A stretch of DNA of 64,000 nt from Spirochaetales bacterium. Lineage in GTDB: Bacteria; Spirochaetota; Spirochaetia; JABEVK01. The stretch covers positions 32,001 through 96,000 of the forward strand of contig JBAXAI010000011.1 of NCBI GenBank assembly GCA_037142615.1. Reading direction: 5' to 3'. The position numbers and the translations under genes were made by a program. A model generated the notes under the pieces. It ran no database searches and was not told the DNA's origin. It saw nothing but the letters and a program-made list of their open reading frames with translations. Position 1 is the first letter of the stretch. Each line of letters starts with the position of its first letter. Positions 9,218 to 17,454 of the stretch are shown here, in pieces.

Positions 9218-9622
9218 CTAGCTGAGGTCGGTCTCCCAGGATTCGGCAAGGGGCACCATCGCCCGCCGCCCCGAAATGATGGGATACTGCCCCAGGTTCT
9301 GGCTGCGGAACACCAACACCGCCAAGCCCAATCCAATGATGACTCCTGCCACGGTGAACCAGGTTCCGACGAGCAGGCCGACCAGCGCCAGCACGCCCGG
9401 CAAGACCAAAAACAGGCTGCCGGCGAGCATCATACGTCCCAGTCCGTCGGAAATATCGACCGCTTCGCCTGGCTGAAGGTCCAGATGGTAGGGATTGCTG
9501 ACCTCCATCCGCACTGACATCACCGAGCAACAAGCCGCACCGCCTCCGGGAGGAGTGTCCTCCCCTACCGACACGAGCACTTTTTCCACTCCGGGTTCGA
9601 TGACGCAGGCTTCTCGATTCAT
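9218..9622 (-). CDS. RseC/MucC-like (SoxR reducing system) membrane protein
   Basis: N-terminal beta domain with Cys (AACCS), LQPGEAVDI, then LFLVLP and two TM helices. Confidence 0.6.
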   Translation of the reverse strand: MNREACVIEPGVEKVLVSVGEDTPPGGGAACCSVMSVRMEVSNPYHLDLQPGEAVDISDGLGRMMLAGSLFLVLPGVLALVGLLVGTWFTVAGVIIGLGLAVLVFRSQNLGQYPIISGRRAMVPLAESWETDLS

Positions 9623-9650
9623 AGCACTTCCTTCTCGAGGAACAGGGCGA

Positions 9651-11039
9651 CTAGATGAACAGGGTCGCGCGGCTCGAGTCAGCGGCTTCGAGCATCGTGG
9701 CCACACCGCCGGATTCGACGCCGTCCACCAGTTCTTCCATTGTGACGCCCATGACGTCCATGCTCATGTTGCAGGCCACGAGACGCACGCCACTCTGAAT
9801 GGCACTGTCGAGCATTTCCTGCAGACTGTCAATCTTGAGGCTCTTCATGCGGCCCTTCATCATCCAGCTGCCCATGCCCACCATATGGAGTTTCGACAGC
9901 GCGAGCTTGTGAAGGCTGCTTGGCATCATCAGGCCGAACATGAGCCCGAGGAAGTCCTTCTTGGCCAACCCCATGAGGGACAGACCTCCGACGACAGCAA
10001 ACGGCGACCACCCCGGACCCACGAATGCCAAAACCAGCAACCCCCCTGCGCCGACGAACAAACCCATGGTCGAGAGTTTCACCGAACCCCAGCGGTCGGA
10101 AAGTTTACCGCTGAGGGGTGACACCAGCGCCATCGTGATGGGAAACGCCATCATCGCCAGGCCCGTGACCGCTGGGCTCCAGCCCTGCACCACCTGGAAG
10201 TAGAACGGGACCAGCACGGTGGGCGTGTAGAGCGCCAAGAAGGCGACCAGCGAAAGGATCCACGGCGACGAAAACTTCGGGTTCGCAAAAAGCTCCAGGC
10301 GGAGAATCGGGTGCTTGGCACGACGCTCCCACAGCAAAAAGGCCCCCAAGAGCGCGGCGGCCAACAGCTCGAACGCCCAACCCGAAGCCAGACCCAAACC
10401 AAACGCGACGATCGCCGTGGCGAGGAGCGCAGCGCCCAACCAGTCCAGGGCGAACTTCGTGTGGGCCACTTTGGCGTCGTGGGGGATGTTGAGCGCCGAA
10501 GCCAGCCAACCGCCGGCCGCAACCGCCGCCGAAAGGTAGAACACGCTGCGCCAACCGGCCGCGCCAATCAGAAGGCCGCCCAGCGCTGGTCCCACGATGC
10601 TCCCCAGGGCTCCCACGGTGGTGAGCAAACCCAGATTGCGTCCGCGCTGCGACGCCGGGTGATGTTCGGTAGCCAGGGCCATCCCGTTGGCAATGATCAT
10701 GGCGCCGCCCAAACCCTGAAGGATGCGCGAAACCACGAGCACCGGCAAATTGGGCGCCCACGTGCTCAACAGGGAAAAAACGGACAGCACCAAGAAGCCG
10801 AGGTTGAAGATCTTTTTGCGGCCGATTTGGTCGGCGAGGCTGCCGAGCAGGGGCAAGAGCGCCGAGATCGACAGCAGGTACACCGAGGCGACCCATTGGA
10901 TGCCGCCCGGCGTGGTGTGAAACTCGGCGGCCATCGAGGGAAGGCCCACGTTGACAATGCCGGCGTCGAGCATCGACAGAAAGGGCCCAAACATGATGGT
11001 GGGCAGAATCCAGCGGTTGACAGCTTTCTCTTCAGGCAT
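9651..11039 (-). CDS. Chimeric ORF: truncated DHA2 MFS (copy B) fused in frame to the C-terminal part of a DsrE/DrsE_2-like domain
   Basis: Matches MFS copy A up to GGLSLMG (about 9969), then switches to KKDFLGLMFGLMMP...LSKLHMVGMG...LVACNMSMDVMG...GGVATML...TLFI. Confidence 0.85.
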   Translation of the reverse strand: MPEEKAVNRWILPTIMFGPFLSMLDAGIVNVGLPSMAAEFHTTPGGIQWVASVYLLSISALLPLLGSLADQIGRKKIFNLGFLVLSVFSLLSTWAPNLPVLVVSRILQGLGGAMIIANGMALATEHHPASQRGRNLGLLTTVGALGSIVGPALGGLLIGAAGWRSVFYLSAAVAAGGWLASALNIPHDAKVAHTKFALDWLGAALLATAIVAFGLGLASGWAFELLAAALLGAFLLWERRAKHPILRLELFANPKFSSPWILSLVAFLALYTPTVLVPFYFQVVQGWSPAVTGLAMMAFPITMALVSPLSGKLSDRWGSVKLSTMGLFVGAGGLLVLAFVGPGWSPFAVVGGLSLMGLAKKDFLGLMFGLMMPSSLHKLALSKLHMVGMGSWMMKGRMKSLKIDSLQEMLDSAIQSGVRLVACNMSMDVMGVTMEELVDGVESGGVATMLEAADSSRATLFI

Positions 11040-11088
11040 GGACTTCTCCTTGGCAAGAATATAATATATATCCTATATAGGAGAAACA

Positions 11089-11466
11089 ATGAAGTACTTG
11101 CCCCTGCTTGTCCTGTTTCTGTTGCCGCTGGGTCTCATTGCCCAGGCGAAGATCGACGAACCGGCGCTCAAGGCCCTGCTGGCGAAGGACAAATCCGCCC
11201 TCGTCCTTGATGTGCGCACGGCCGAAGAGTACGCCGCTGGCCACCTCGAAAAGGCTCTTCTGCTCCCCTTTGACGCCATCGACGCCAAGACTGCGGCCCA
11301 GTTCATTCCCAAGAAGACCACCAAAGTGGTGCTGTACTGCCATTCCGGACGGCGCAGCGGTCTGGCAGCCCAGACCCTGAAGGATCTGGGCTACACCAAC
11401 GTGCTCGACTTTGGTGCCCTGTCCAACTGGAAAGGAAAACTGGCGACAGGGGCACCGCCAAAGTAG
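11089..11466 (+). CDS. Exported rhodanese, copy B (intact)
   Basis: Signal peptide, LDVRT, YCHSGRRS; collinear with copy A. Confidence 0.92.
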   Translation: MKYLPLLVLFLLPLGLIAQAKIDEPALKALLAKDKSALVLDVRTAEEYAAGHLEKALLLPFDAIDAKTAAQFIPKKTTKVVLYCHSGRRSGLAAQTLKDLGYTNVLDFGALSNWKGKLATGAPPK

Positions 11467-11478
11467 AGCACACGACCG

Positions 11479-12895
11479 TTAGGGGTACGAAGTCAGTTCT
11501 GCGGCCGCGAGAGTTCCGAGCGCCGTTTCGACGGTGGAAAGCTGCGTTGCCGTCGCAGTATCGGGCAACGCGAAGCCGGGGGGGAGGTCGGCTGTGGTGC
11601 TCACCACGTACGAGGCTACACCGCTGCGGGTCTTTGTGGTGGAGTCCCACACCCAGAAGGTCTTGTTGTGCAGGGCATTTGACACTTCGAGGTCACCAAG
11701 CCAAGGAGCAAAGCTCAGCGGCGTGGTGCGCATGGTCGTGCCGGTCTGGGGCTTTTCGAGCCAGAACTGGTAGGTCGGCACCGACGTCGTCGAACCGTCG
11801 AGAGCCGTGACGGTTTCGGAGGCCTGTTCCTGCTGCCGGATCGCGTAGTTCAGCGCACTGAGGGTGCTGTCGAGCCTGAGGGTCTTGAGCGGGAACACCG
11901 AATGCTGGTAGTAGGTACCGCTGTCGCCCGTGTAGCCCGAAGCGGCCGCAGCGCTGTTGGTGAAGTCGAGACTGTAGGTGTAGTCGGTGTATCCGGTTCC
12001 GTCAGCCTTGCAGTTGCTGCCGTCGGACTCGGAGGTGAAGTACACGCGGTCGCCCACGGCCCAGGGTGAAGCGGTGCGGAAGACGACGATCCAAAGCACA
12101 AGTTCGTAGGCCCGGAGCTGGAAGGAGTCGGGCGGCGTGGTGGTATACAGCGACGGGTGGTCGTTGAGGTTGAGGAACTTTTGGTGGGCGCTCACGCCGT
12201 CGTCGAGCTTGTCGAGAAAGCCGAACTCGCTGCCCTTGGCCAGCACGCCACCCTGGTTGGCATCGCCCCAGGCCACGTTGAAGGTATCGGCCGATGCGAG
12301 TACGAACGAAGTTTCGCCCGAAGCCGTGGTCACCTTTTGGTACTGGCCGGTGGTCTGATTGGCAATGCTCTTGTCGTTGGTGACAGGGTCGAACACCACG
12401 GTCTGGCTGCCCGTCGTGGCGTCGTAGAGCCCGCGGAGCGAGAGCGTGAACACGGTTCCGACCGGATAAGTGTTGCCGTTACCGTCATCGCCGGCGACGG
12501 TAAGCGTTCGGGTTCCATAGAAGCTCACCTGAGCCACGAGGCTGGCCGGCGTGTTGGCCGACTTCAGAAGCAGGTGCAGGTAGTAGTTGTAGGTATCGGC
12601 CACGGCAGCGGCGCTCGAGTCGGGCAGGCGACAGTTGCCATCACCGGTGAAGTGCCACTTGATGTCGATCTGGTCGTAGTTGAGGGTGGTCAAGCCCGCC
12701 ATGCCCTGCTGAAACGCGGTCAGGATGTTGGAAAGCACGCTTTCGGCGAGCTCCTTTTGCATGCGGACGTAGCCTTCCGAGCGCACGCCGGGCAACGTGG
12801 CAGGATCGAGCGTCGAGACGTCGCCCGCCCAACGAACAGGAACCGAGTGCCAAGGTCAGCCCCAGAATCAAGGTAAGTCCCACGGATAACTTCAT
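11479..12895 (-). pseudogene. Lipoprotein copy B, frameshifted and internally deleted
   Basis: The lipobox (LALGSC) ORF from 12895 is out of frame with the body because of a deletion of about 125 bp at 12825; four further in-frame deletions relative to copy A. Confidence 0.85.
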
Positions 12896-12931
12896 TTATT
12901 ACTCCTTACCGATGACTCTAGCGAGGGATTG

Positions 12932-13814
12932 TCACAGTTCGGTGTAATCGGGTTCCAAAGTTGGTCGTGGCAGGGTGAACTCGATGGTCGTCCCGCGGCC
13001 TTCCTCGCTTTGCAGAATGAGCTCTCCGCCATGGGCCTGCACAAGCACGCGCACAATGCGGAGGCCGAGGCCGCTGTGGTGGTCGTCAGGGGTTCTCACG
13101 GCATCGGCGCGGTAGAAGGCCTCGCCCAGAAACGGCAGGTGTTGCGACGGAATGCCTCGTCCGGTATCGGCCACCGCCAGGGTCACCTGGGCTCCCACAG
13201 AGAACGCGAACGAGACCTTGGCTCCCCGCCCGGCGTGAGCAACGGCGTTCGATAGAAGGTTCTCCAAGATCTGGGCCAACCGGTCGGGGTCGGCCAGAAC
13301 GAACACCGGAGGGCCGGACGGTACGGGCAACAGTTCAATCTCAGCCGTCAGAGCCTGTTCGACGTAGACGGCTCGGCACCAGACCGCCAGTTCGCGGGCA
13401 TCGACCGTCTGGATGGCGAGCGGAACTCGTGCGCCACGTCAGCCAGAAACTGGCGGCGGGTCTGAGTTTCGCGCTCGAGCTCGCCAAGCTGCTGGGCGAC
13501 GCGATCACCACCGCCATCACAGCCGAAAGGGCGAGGTTCTTCGACTGCACGGCGATCTGTTCCTGCGAAAGCGGCTGGGGCCCCTCGCGCGAAGCGGTGT
13601 CGAGGGGGGGCGTGGTCGGCGTAACGGCGACCGGGGTCACAAGATCGGGCGCAGGCAGACGGGCCGGATACCCCATGAAGAACTCGGCCACCCCAAACAT
13701 GGGCTCGGCCATCGCCCGGCTGTAAAGTTCTGGATGGGCGGTCATCTCAGCACGGTACGACATGAGCTGACGGTAGGTGAGGTAGTGTTCCACACCGGCG
13801 CTGAGCACCCACGT
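12932..13814 (-). pseudogene. Histidine kinase copy B remnant
   Basis: HATPase part intact; start, HAMP and most of HisKA removed by deletions at about 13807, 13501 and 13420. Confidence 0.88.
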
Positions 13815-14294
13815 GGTAGGTCTCACCGTCACCCCACACCTGGTCGATCACCACCTGCCGGGTGTGAACGCGCTGGGGCGACTTGATCAAAGCGATTTCC
13901 AGCTGTAATTGGCCTGCACCAGCGGCACCTGCGGCGAGCGGCGCAGCAGGGCCCGGATGCGCGACACCACCTCGGCCGCCGAAAAAGGTTTGGTGACGTA
14001 ATCGTCGGCGCCTTTGTCGAGGGCACGGACCTTGTCGATTTCGCCATCGCGTGCCGACAACATGAGAATGGGAACCTGGGAACGTTTGCGCAGCCGCTCG
14101 CAAACCGTCACACCGTCGACCAAGGGCATCATGATGTCCAGAATCACGAGCGCGGGCTGGTCGGCCTCGAACCGGCGGAGCGCCTCGGCACCGTCGGCGG
14201 CGAGCAGCACTTCGAACCCTGCGGCTTCCAAATACCAGCTAAGGCCTTCGGCGAGGTCGGTGTTGTCATCAGCGACAAGGATGCGCTGGGTCAT
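13807..14294 (-). pseudogene. Response regulator copy B remnant
   Basis: REC domain nearly identical to copy A; DNA-binding domain broken by deletions at about 13896 and 13807 (early stop at 13887). Confidence 0.88.
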
Positions 14295-14311
14295 GCGGCT
14301 CCCCCCCTGTC

Positions 14312-14366
14312 AAACTAACACGGAGGTGTCGCATGTGCATCGGAGTTTTGTCGCAGCTTTGTCACT
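14312..14366 (-). promoter_or_regulatory. Extended -10 plus 11-bp-period repeats, copy B
   Basis: TGTCGCA/CATCGGA/TGTCGCA/TGTCACT at 14327, 14338, 14349, 14360; minus-strand TGtTAGTTT at the same spacing as copy A. Confidence 0.7.
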
Positions 14367-14390
14367 GAGCCTGATCGCCCAGGGTCCTGG

Positions 14391-14858
14391 CTAGCTGTGA
14401 CTCGACCCCTCGGCCACGAACCGTTCGTACTGCCCGAGCTCAAAGGCCTGCTGTGAGATCAGGCCGTCTTTCATCGTCAGCACGGCCTTGACGATGTCGC
14501 CGATCGACACGATACCGACGATTTTGCCGTTTTGTGTCACGGGAAGGTGGCGGAGGCGCCGTTCGGTCATCAGGTTCATGCAGTCCGAGAGTGAAGTCTT
14601 GGTTTCCACGTTGAACATTTCGGTCGACATCACTTCCCTGACGGTGGTGTTGTCGCAGTCTCGTCCCTTGAAGACGATTTTGCGCACCACATCACGCTCA
14701 GAAAAAAGGCCGCACACCTTGCCCGAGGCGTCGATGACCAGGAGGGCGCCGACGTTGCGCTCAACCATTTTTTCGAGCCCGCGGAACAGCGACACCTCGG
14801 GATCAATGCTCAGAACCTCGCTTCCTTTGGTGGCCAGAATGTCTTTGACAGTTTCCAT
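14391..14858 (-). CDS. CBS domain pair protein
   Basis: NVGALLV..GLFSERD, RLRHLPV...GIVSIGDIVK. Confidence 0.93.
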   Translation of the reverse strand: METVKDILATKGSEVLSIDPEVSLFRGLEKMVERNVGALLVIDASGKVCGLFSERDVVRKIVFKGRDCDNTTVREVMSTEMFNVETKTSLSDCMNLMTERRLRHLPVTQNGKIVGIVSIGDIVKAVLTMKDGLISQQAFELGQYERFVAEGSSHS

Positions 14859-14947
14859 AATCGCTCGTCCTCCTACCTGAGTTTAGGCTAGGCCCGCAGG
14901 TCCGAAACTGTCAACAAAGAAAACTTTACCCCCATCAACTATTTCTC

Positions 14948-14983
14948 TTGACAAATCAATCTTACAGTTCAACAATCGTTGAA
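14948..14983 (+). promoter_or_regulatory. Sigma70-type promoter with an overlapping inverted repeat, upstream of the mrp-mbx operon
   Basis: TTGACA (14948) - 17 bp - AACAAT; TTCAAC-N4-GTTGAA at 14968-14983; AGGAGG before ATG 15025. Confidence 0.6.
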
Positions 14984-15024
14984 GTAATGAATTTCGTTGA
15001 TCATCCTTATGGAAAGGAGGCTTC

Positions 15025-15522
15025 ATGAAGTCCCTTTGGAGTCGTCTGGTCGCTGGTGCGGCCGTGATGCTGCTGTGGATCATGTTGACAAGTCCCGCCG
15101 GCGTTCAGGAGCTTGGCACCGCCGTGGTGCTGGGAATCCTGGCCGCAATTGTTCCGCTGCCGGGCAGGCAGGTGTGGGGTCAGATCCGCTTTATGCCCAA
15201 ACGCGTGGGGTACGCCTTCGTGTATTTCTTCGTCTTCTCGTGGGCGCTGCTCAAGAGCACGCTCGACGTCGCCTACCGCGTCGTGGCCCCCAGCCTGCCG
15301 ATCAATCCGGGGTTCGTCACGGTCAAAACCCGCCTCAAGAGCCCGCTGGGGCGCATGTTCCTGGCCAACTCGATCACGCTCACCCCGGGCACGATCACCG
15401 TCGATATCGACGGCGAAACGCTGGTGATCCATTGGATTTACCGGGGTACCGACGACATGGAAGTCGCCACCGCCGAGATCGTCGGAACCTTTGAAAAGTA
15501 CCTGGAGGTGATCTTTGACTGA
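15025..15522 (+). CDS. mnhE: Na+/H+ antiporter subunit E (MbxA-like)
   Basis: INPGFV, LANSITLTPGTITVD, IHWI. Confidence 0.95.
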   Translation: MKSLWSRLVAGAAVMLLWIMLTSPAGVQELGTAVVLGILAAIVPLPGRQVWGQIRFMPKRVGYAFVYFFVFSWALLKSTLDVAYRVVAPSLPINPGFVTVKTRLKSPLGRMFLANSITLTPGTITVDIDGETLVIHWIYRGTDDMEVATAEIVGTFEKYLEVIFD

Positions 15523-15775
15523 CCTCATCCTTTCGATCGCCGGGGGCATCACTCTGCTCGCAATGGCCCTCACCATGGTGCGTTTTGTCGTTGGAAAAGG
15601 CTTCGTGAACCGCGTGGTGGCGCTCGACGTGCTCACCATCATGGCCGTGTCGGTGATCGTGATGCTGTCGTGGCTGCTCGGTCGCGTGTTGTACGTCGAT
15701 GTGGCCCTCGTCTATGGCGTGCTGAGTTTTCTCGGGGTCGTGGCCATCGCCCGTTACCTCGAAGGGGGCCTGTGA
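15515..15775 (+). CDS. mnhF: Na+/H+ antiporter subunit F (MbxB-like)
   Basis: RVVALDVL, YVDVALVYGVLSFLGVVAIARYL. Confidence 0.93.
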   Translation: MTDLILSIAGGITLLAMALTMVRFVVGKGFVNRVVALDVLTIMAVSVIVMLSWLLGRVLYVDVALVYGVLSFLGVVAIARYLEGGL

Positions 15776-16128
15776 TGGATCTTTTTGGCGCCTTCCTTGT
15801 TTTGGCGGGTTCGCTGTTCTTTTTGCTCGCGAGCGTGGGGCTGCTGCGCATGCCCGACGTGTACAACCGCATGCAGGCCGGCACCAAGGCGACCACCCTG
15901 GGTTCGGTGCTGTTCCTTTCGGGCTTCGCCGTGCTGATGCCGTCGGTGTGGCCGAAAATCGTCGTGCTCATCGTGTTCCTGTTTGTCACAAACCCGCTGT
16001 CTTCGCACGCTCTGGCCCGGGCAGCCCGCAAGCGGGGTCTGGTGGCCGAGTTGGGTCCCGACAAAAAAGCGGTGCCTTCGAACGACGAGCTCATGAACTC
16101 TGAAAGCGCAGAAGGAGACGACGCATGA
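15775..16128 (+). CDS. mnhG: Na+/H+ antiporter subunit G (MbxC-like)
   Basis: GLLRMPDVYNRMQAGTKATTLG, TNPLSSHALARA. Confidence 0.93.
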   Translation: MDLFGAFLVLAGSLFFLLASVGLLRMPDVYNRMQAGTKATTLGSVLFLSGFAVLMPSVWPKIVVLIVFLFVTNPLSSHALARAARKRGLVAELGPDKKAVPSNDELMNSESAEGDDA

Positions 16129-16388
16129 TCCTCGCTCTTGTCATCGTATTCGGCCTGATCATGGTGGGGGGTGCCGTGGCGGCGCTCTACACCAAAGACA
16201 TGGTCAGCGCCATCGTCGCCTCGGGCATCGTTTCGTTGCTCGCGAGCGTGCTCTACCTCGTGTACGGCGCCCCCGATGTGGCCATGACCGAAGCCGCCAT
16301 CGGCTCGGCGCTTACCACGGTCGTCTTTCTGTACGCCTGGAACCGCATCGTCAAGCAACGCCAGAAGGACAAGGAGGACCACAAATGA
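16125..16388 (+). CDS. DUF4040 / MbxD-like antiporter subunit
   Basis: APDVAMTEAAIG motif. Confidence 0.9.
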   Translation: MILALVIVFGLIMVGGAVAALYTKDMVSAIVASGIVSLLASVLYLVYGAPDVAMTEAAIGSALTTVVFLYAWNRIVKQRQKDKEDHK

Positions 16389-17098
16389 TCAAGCGACTTC
16401 TGCTGATCGCCGTGTTCGCCGGCGTGGTCCTGAGCTTTTTGCCGCTGACGAGCCTTTTGCAGACCCGCACCGGAGTAACGTCCTTGGCGCAGCAGTATCT
16501 GAACCGCGCGCCGACCGACTACAACATCCCCAACATCGTTACCGCCATCGTCGTGAGCTACCGCGGCCTCGATACGCTGGGTGAGGTGACCGTGCTGTTC
16601 GCTGCCGCCGTGGGCGTCAGCCTGGCGCTGGGCTTCCGACGCAAAGCGCGGCCTGGCAAGGACGAACCCGTTCACGCCGAACCGACCAAAGTGCCCGCCT
16701 CCGAAATCTTGCAGACTGGCGCGGGCCTGTTGCTGCCGCTGATTCTGGCCTTTGGCGTGTACATCTTTTTGCACGGGCACCTCACTCCGGGTGGTGGCTT
16801 TCAAGGTGGCGTCGTGATCGCCTCGGGCCTGCTGCTGGCCCTTTTGGCCGGAACGTTCGCCGATGTGCCGCACGGACTGCTTCAGGTGCTCGAAATGCTC
16901 TCGGGCGCATCGTACGTGGCCATCGGCGCCCTCGGCCTGTGGTTGGGAGCCGGCTTCCTCGACCCGCGCTTTTTGCCCGCCGGTGAGTTTGGCCAGGTGT
17001 ACAGCTCGGGGGCCATCCCGCTGATCTACTCGTTGGTGGGCATCAAGGTGGGTTCCGAGCTCGCCACCGTCATCAGCGACCTCAGGAGGAACTCATGA
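16385..17098 (+). CDS. mnhB: Na+/H+ antiporter subunit B (fused MbxE/F-like)
   Basis: NIVTAIVVSYRGLDTLGE, HGHLTPGGGFQGG. Confidence 0.93.
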   Translation: MIKRLLLIAVFAGVVLSFLPLTSLLQTRTGVTSLAQQYLNRAPTDYNIPNIVTAIVVSYRGLDTLGEVTVLFAAAVGVSLALGFRRKARPGKDEPVHAEPTKVPASEILQTGAGLLLPLILAFGVYIFLHGHLTPGGGFQGGVVIASGLLLALLAGTFADVPHGLLQVLEMLSGASYVAIGALGLWLGAGFLDPRFLPAGEFGQVYSSGAIPLIYSLVGIKVGSELATVISDLRRNS

Positions 17099-17454
17099 TC
17101 GGTCCCGCCCTGTTTGTCTTGGCCTTCGTCATCATGGCCATCGGCGTCTGGGGACTCCTCGTCCGCCGCAACATTTTCCGCATGATCATCGGCTTTTCGC
17201 TGCTCGACACCGGGGTTCACATTTTCATGGTGGCTGCCGGCTACCGTGAGGGGGGCACCGCTCCCATCGTCGACGCCCAGGCCACCGCTGCGCAAGTGGC
17301 CGCCAACGGTGTCGATCCCGTGCCGTCGTCGCTGGTGCTCACGGCCATCGTCATCGGCTTGGCCGTCACCGCGCTGATGCTGAGCTACGCGGTGCGTCTG
17401 CACGCAAGGTCAAAAAGCCTCATGGTCGACAAGAACAAGGAGCTGAAATGGTAA
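17095..17454 (+). CDS. mnhC: Na+/H+ antiporter subunit C (MbxG-like)
   Basis: DPVPSSLVLTAIVIG. Confidence 0.93.
   Translation: MIGPALFVLAFVIMAIGVWGLLVRRNIFRMIIGFSLLDTGVHIFMVAAGYREGGTAPIVDAQATAAQVAANGVDPVPSSLVLTAIVIGLAVTALMLSYAVRLHARSKSLMVDKNKELKW

Larger units (their letters stand above)
9969..14370. repeat. Segmental direct duplication, copy B (degraded by deletions)
   Basis: Collinear with 3107-9215; multiple internal gaps; ybhB absent. Confidence 0.9.

Noticed and set aside
12641-12895. Independent 84 aa lipoprotein, or programmed frameshift
   Set aside because: It is the 5' end of lipoprotein copy B shifted out of frame by a deletion; no slippery site.
9969-14370. Duplication as a simple assembly repeat artefact
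   Set aside because: The copies differ at many synonymous and non-synonymous sites, so they are real paralogues. The deletion junctions still need read support.
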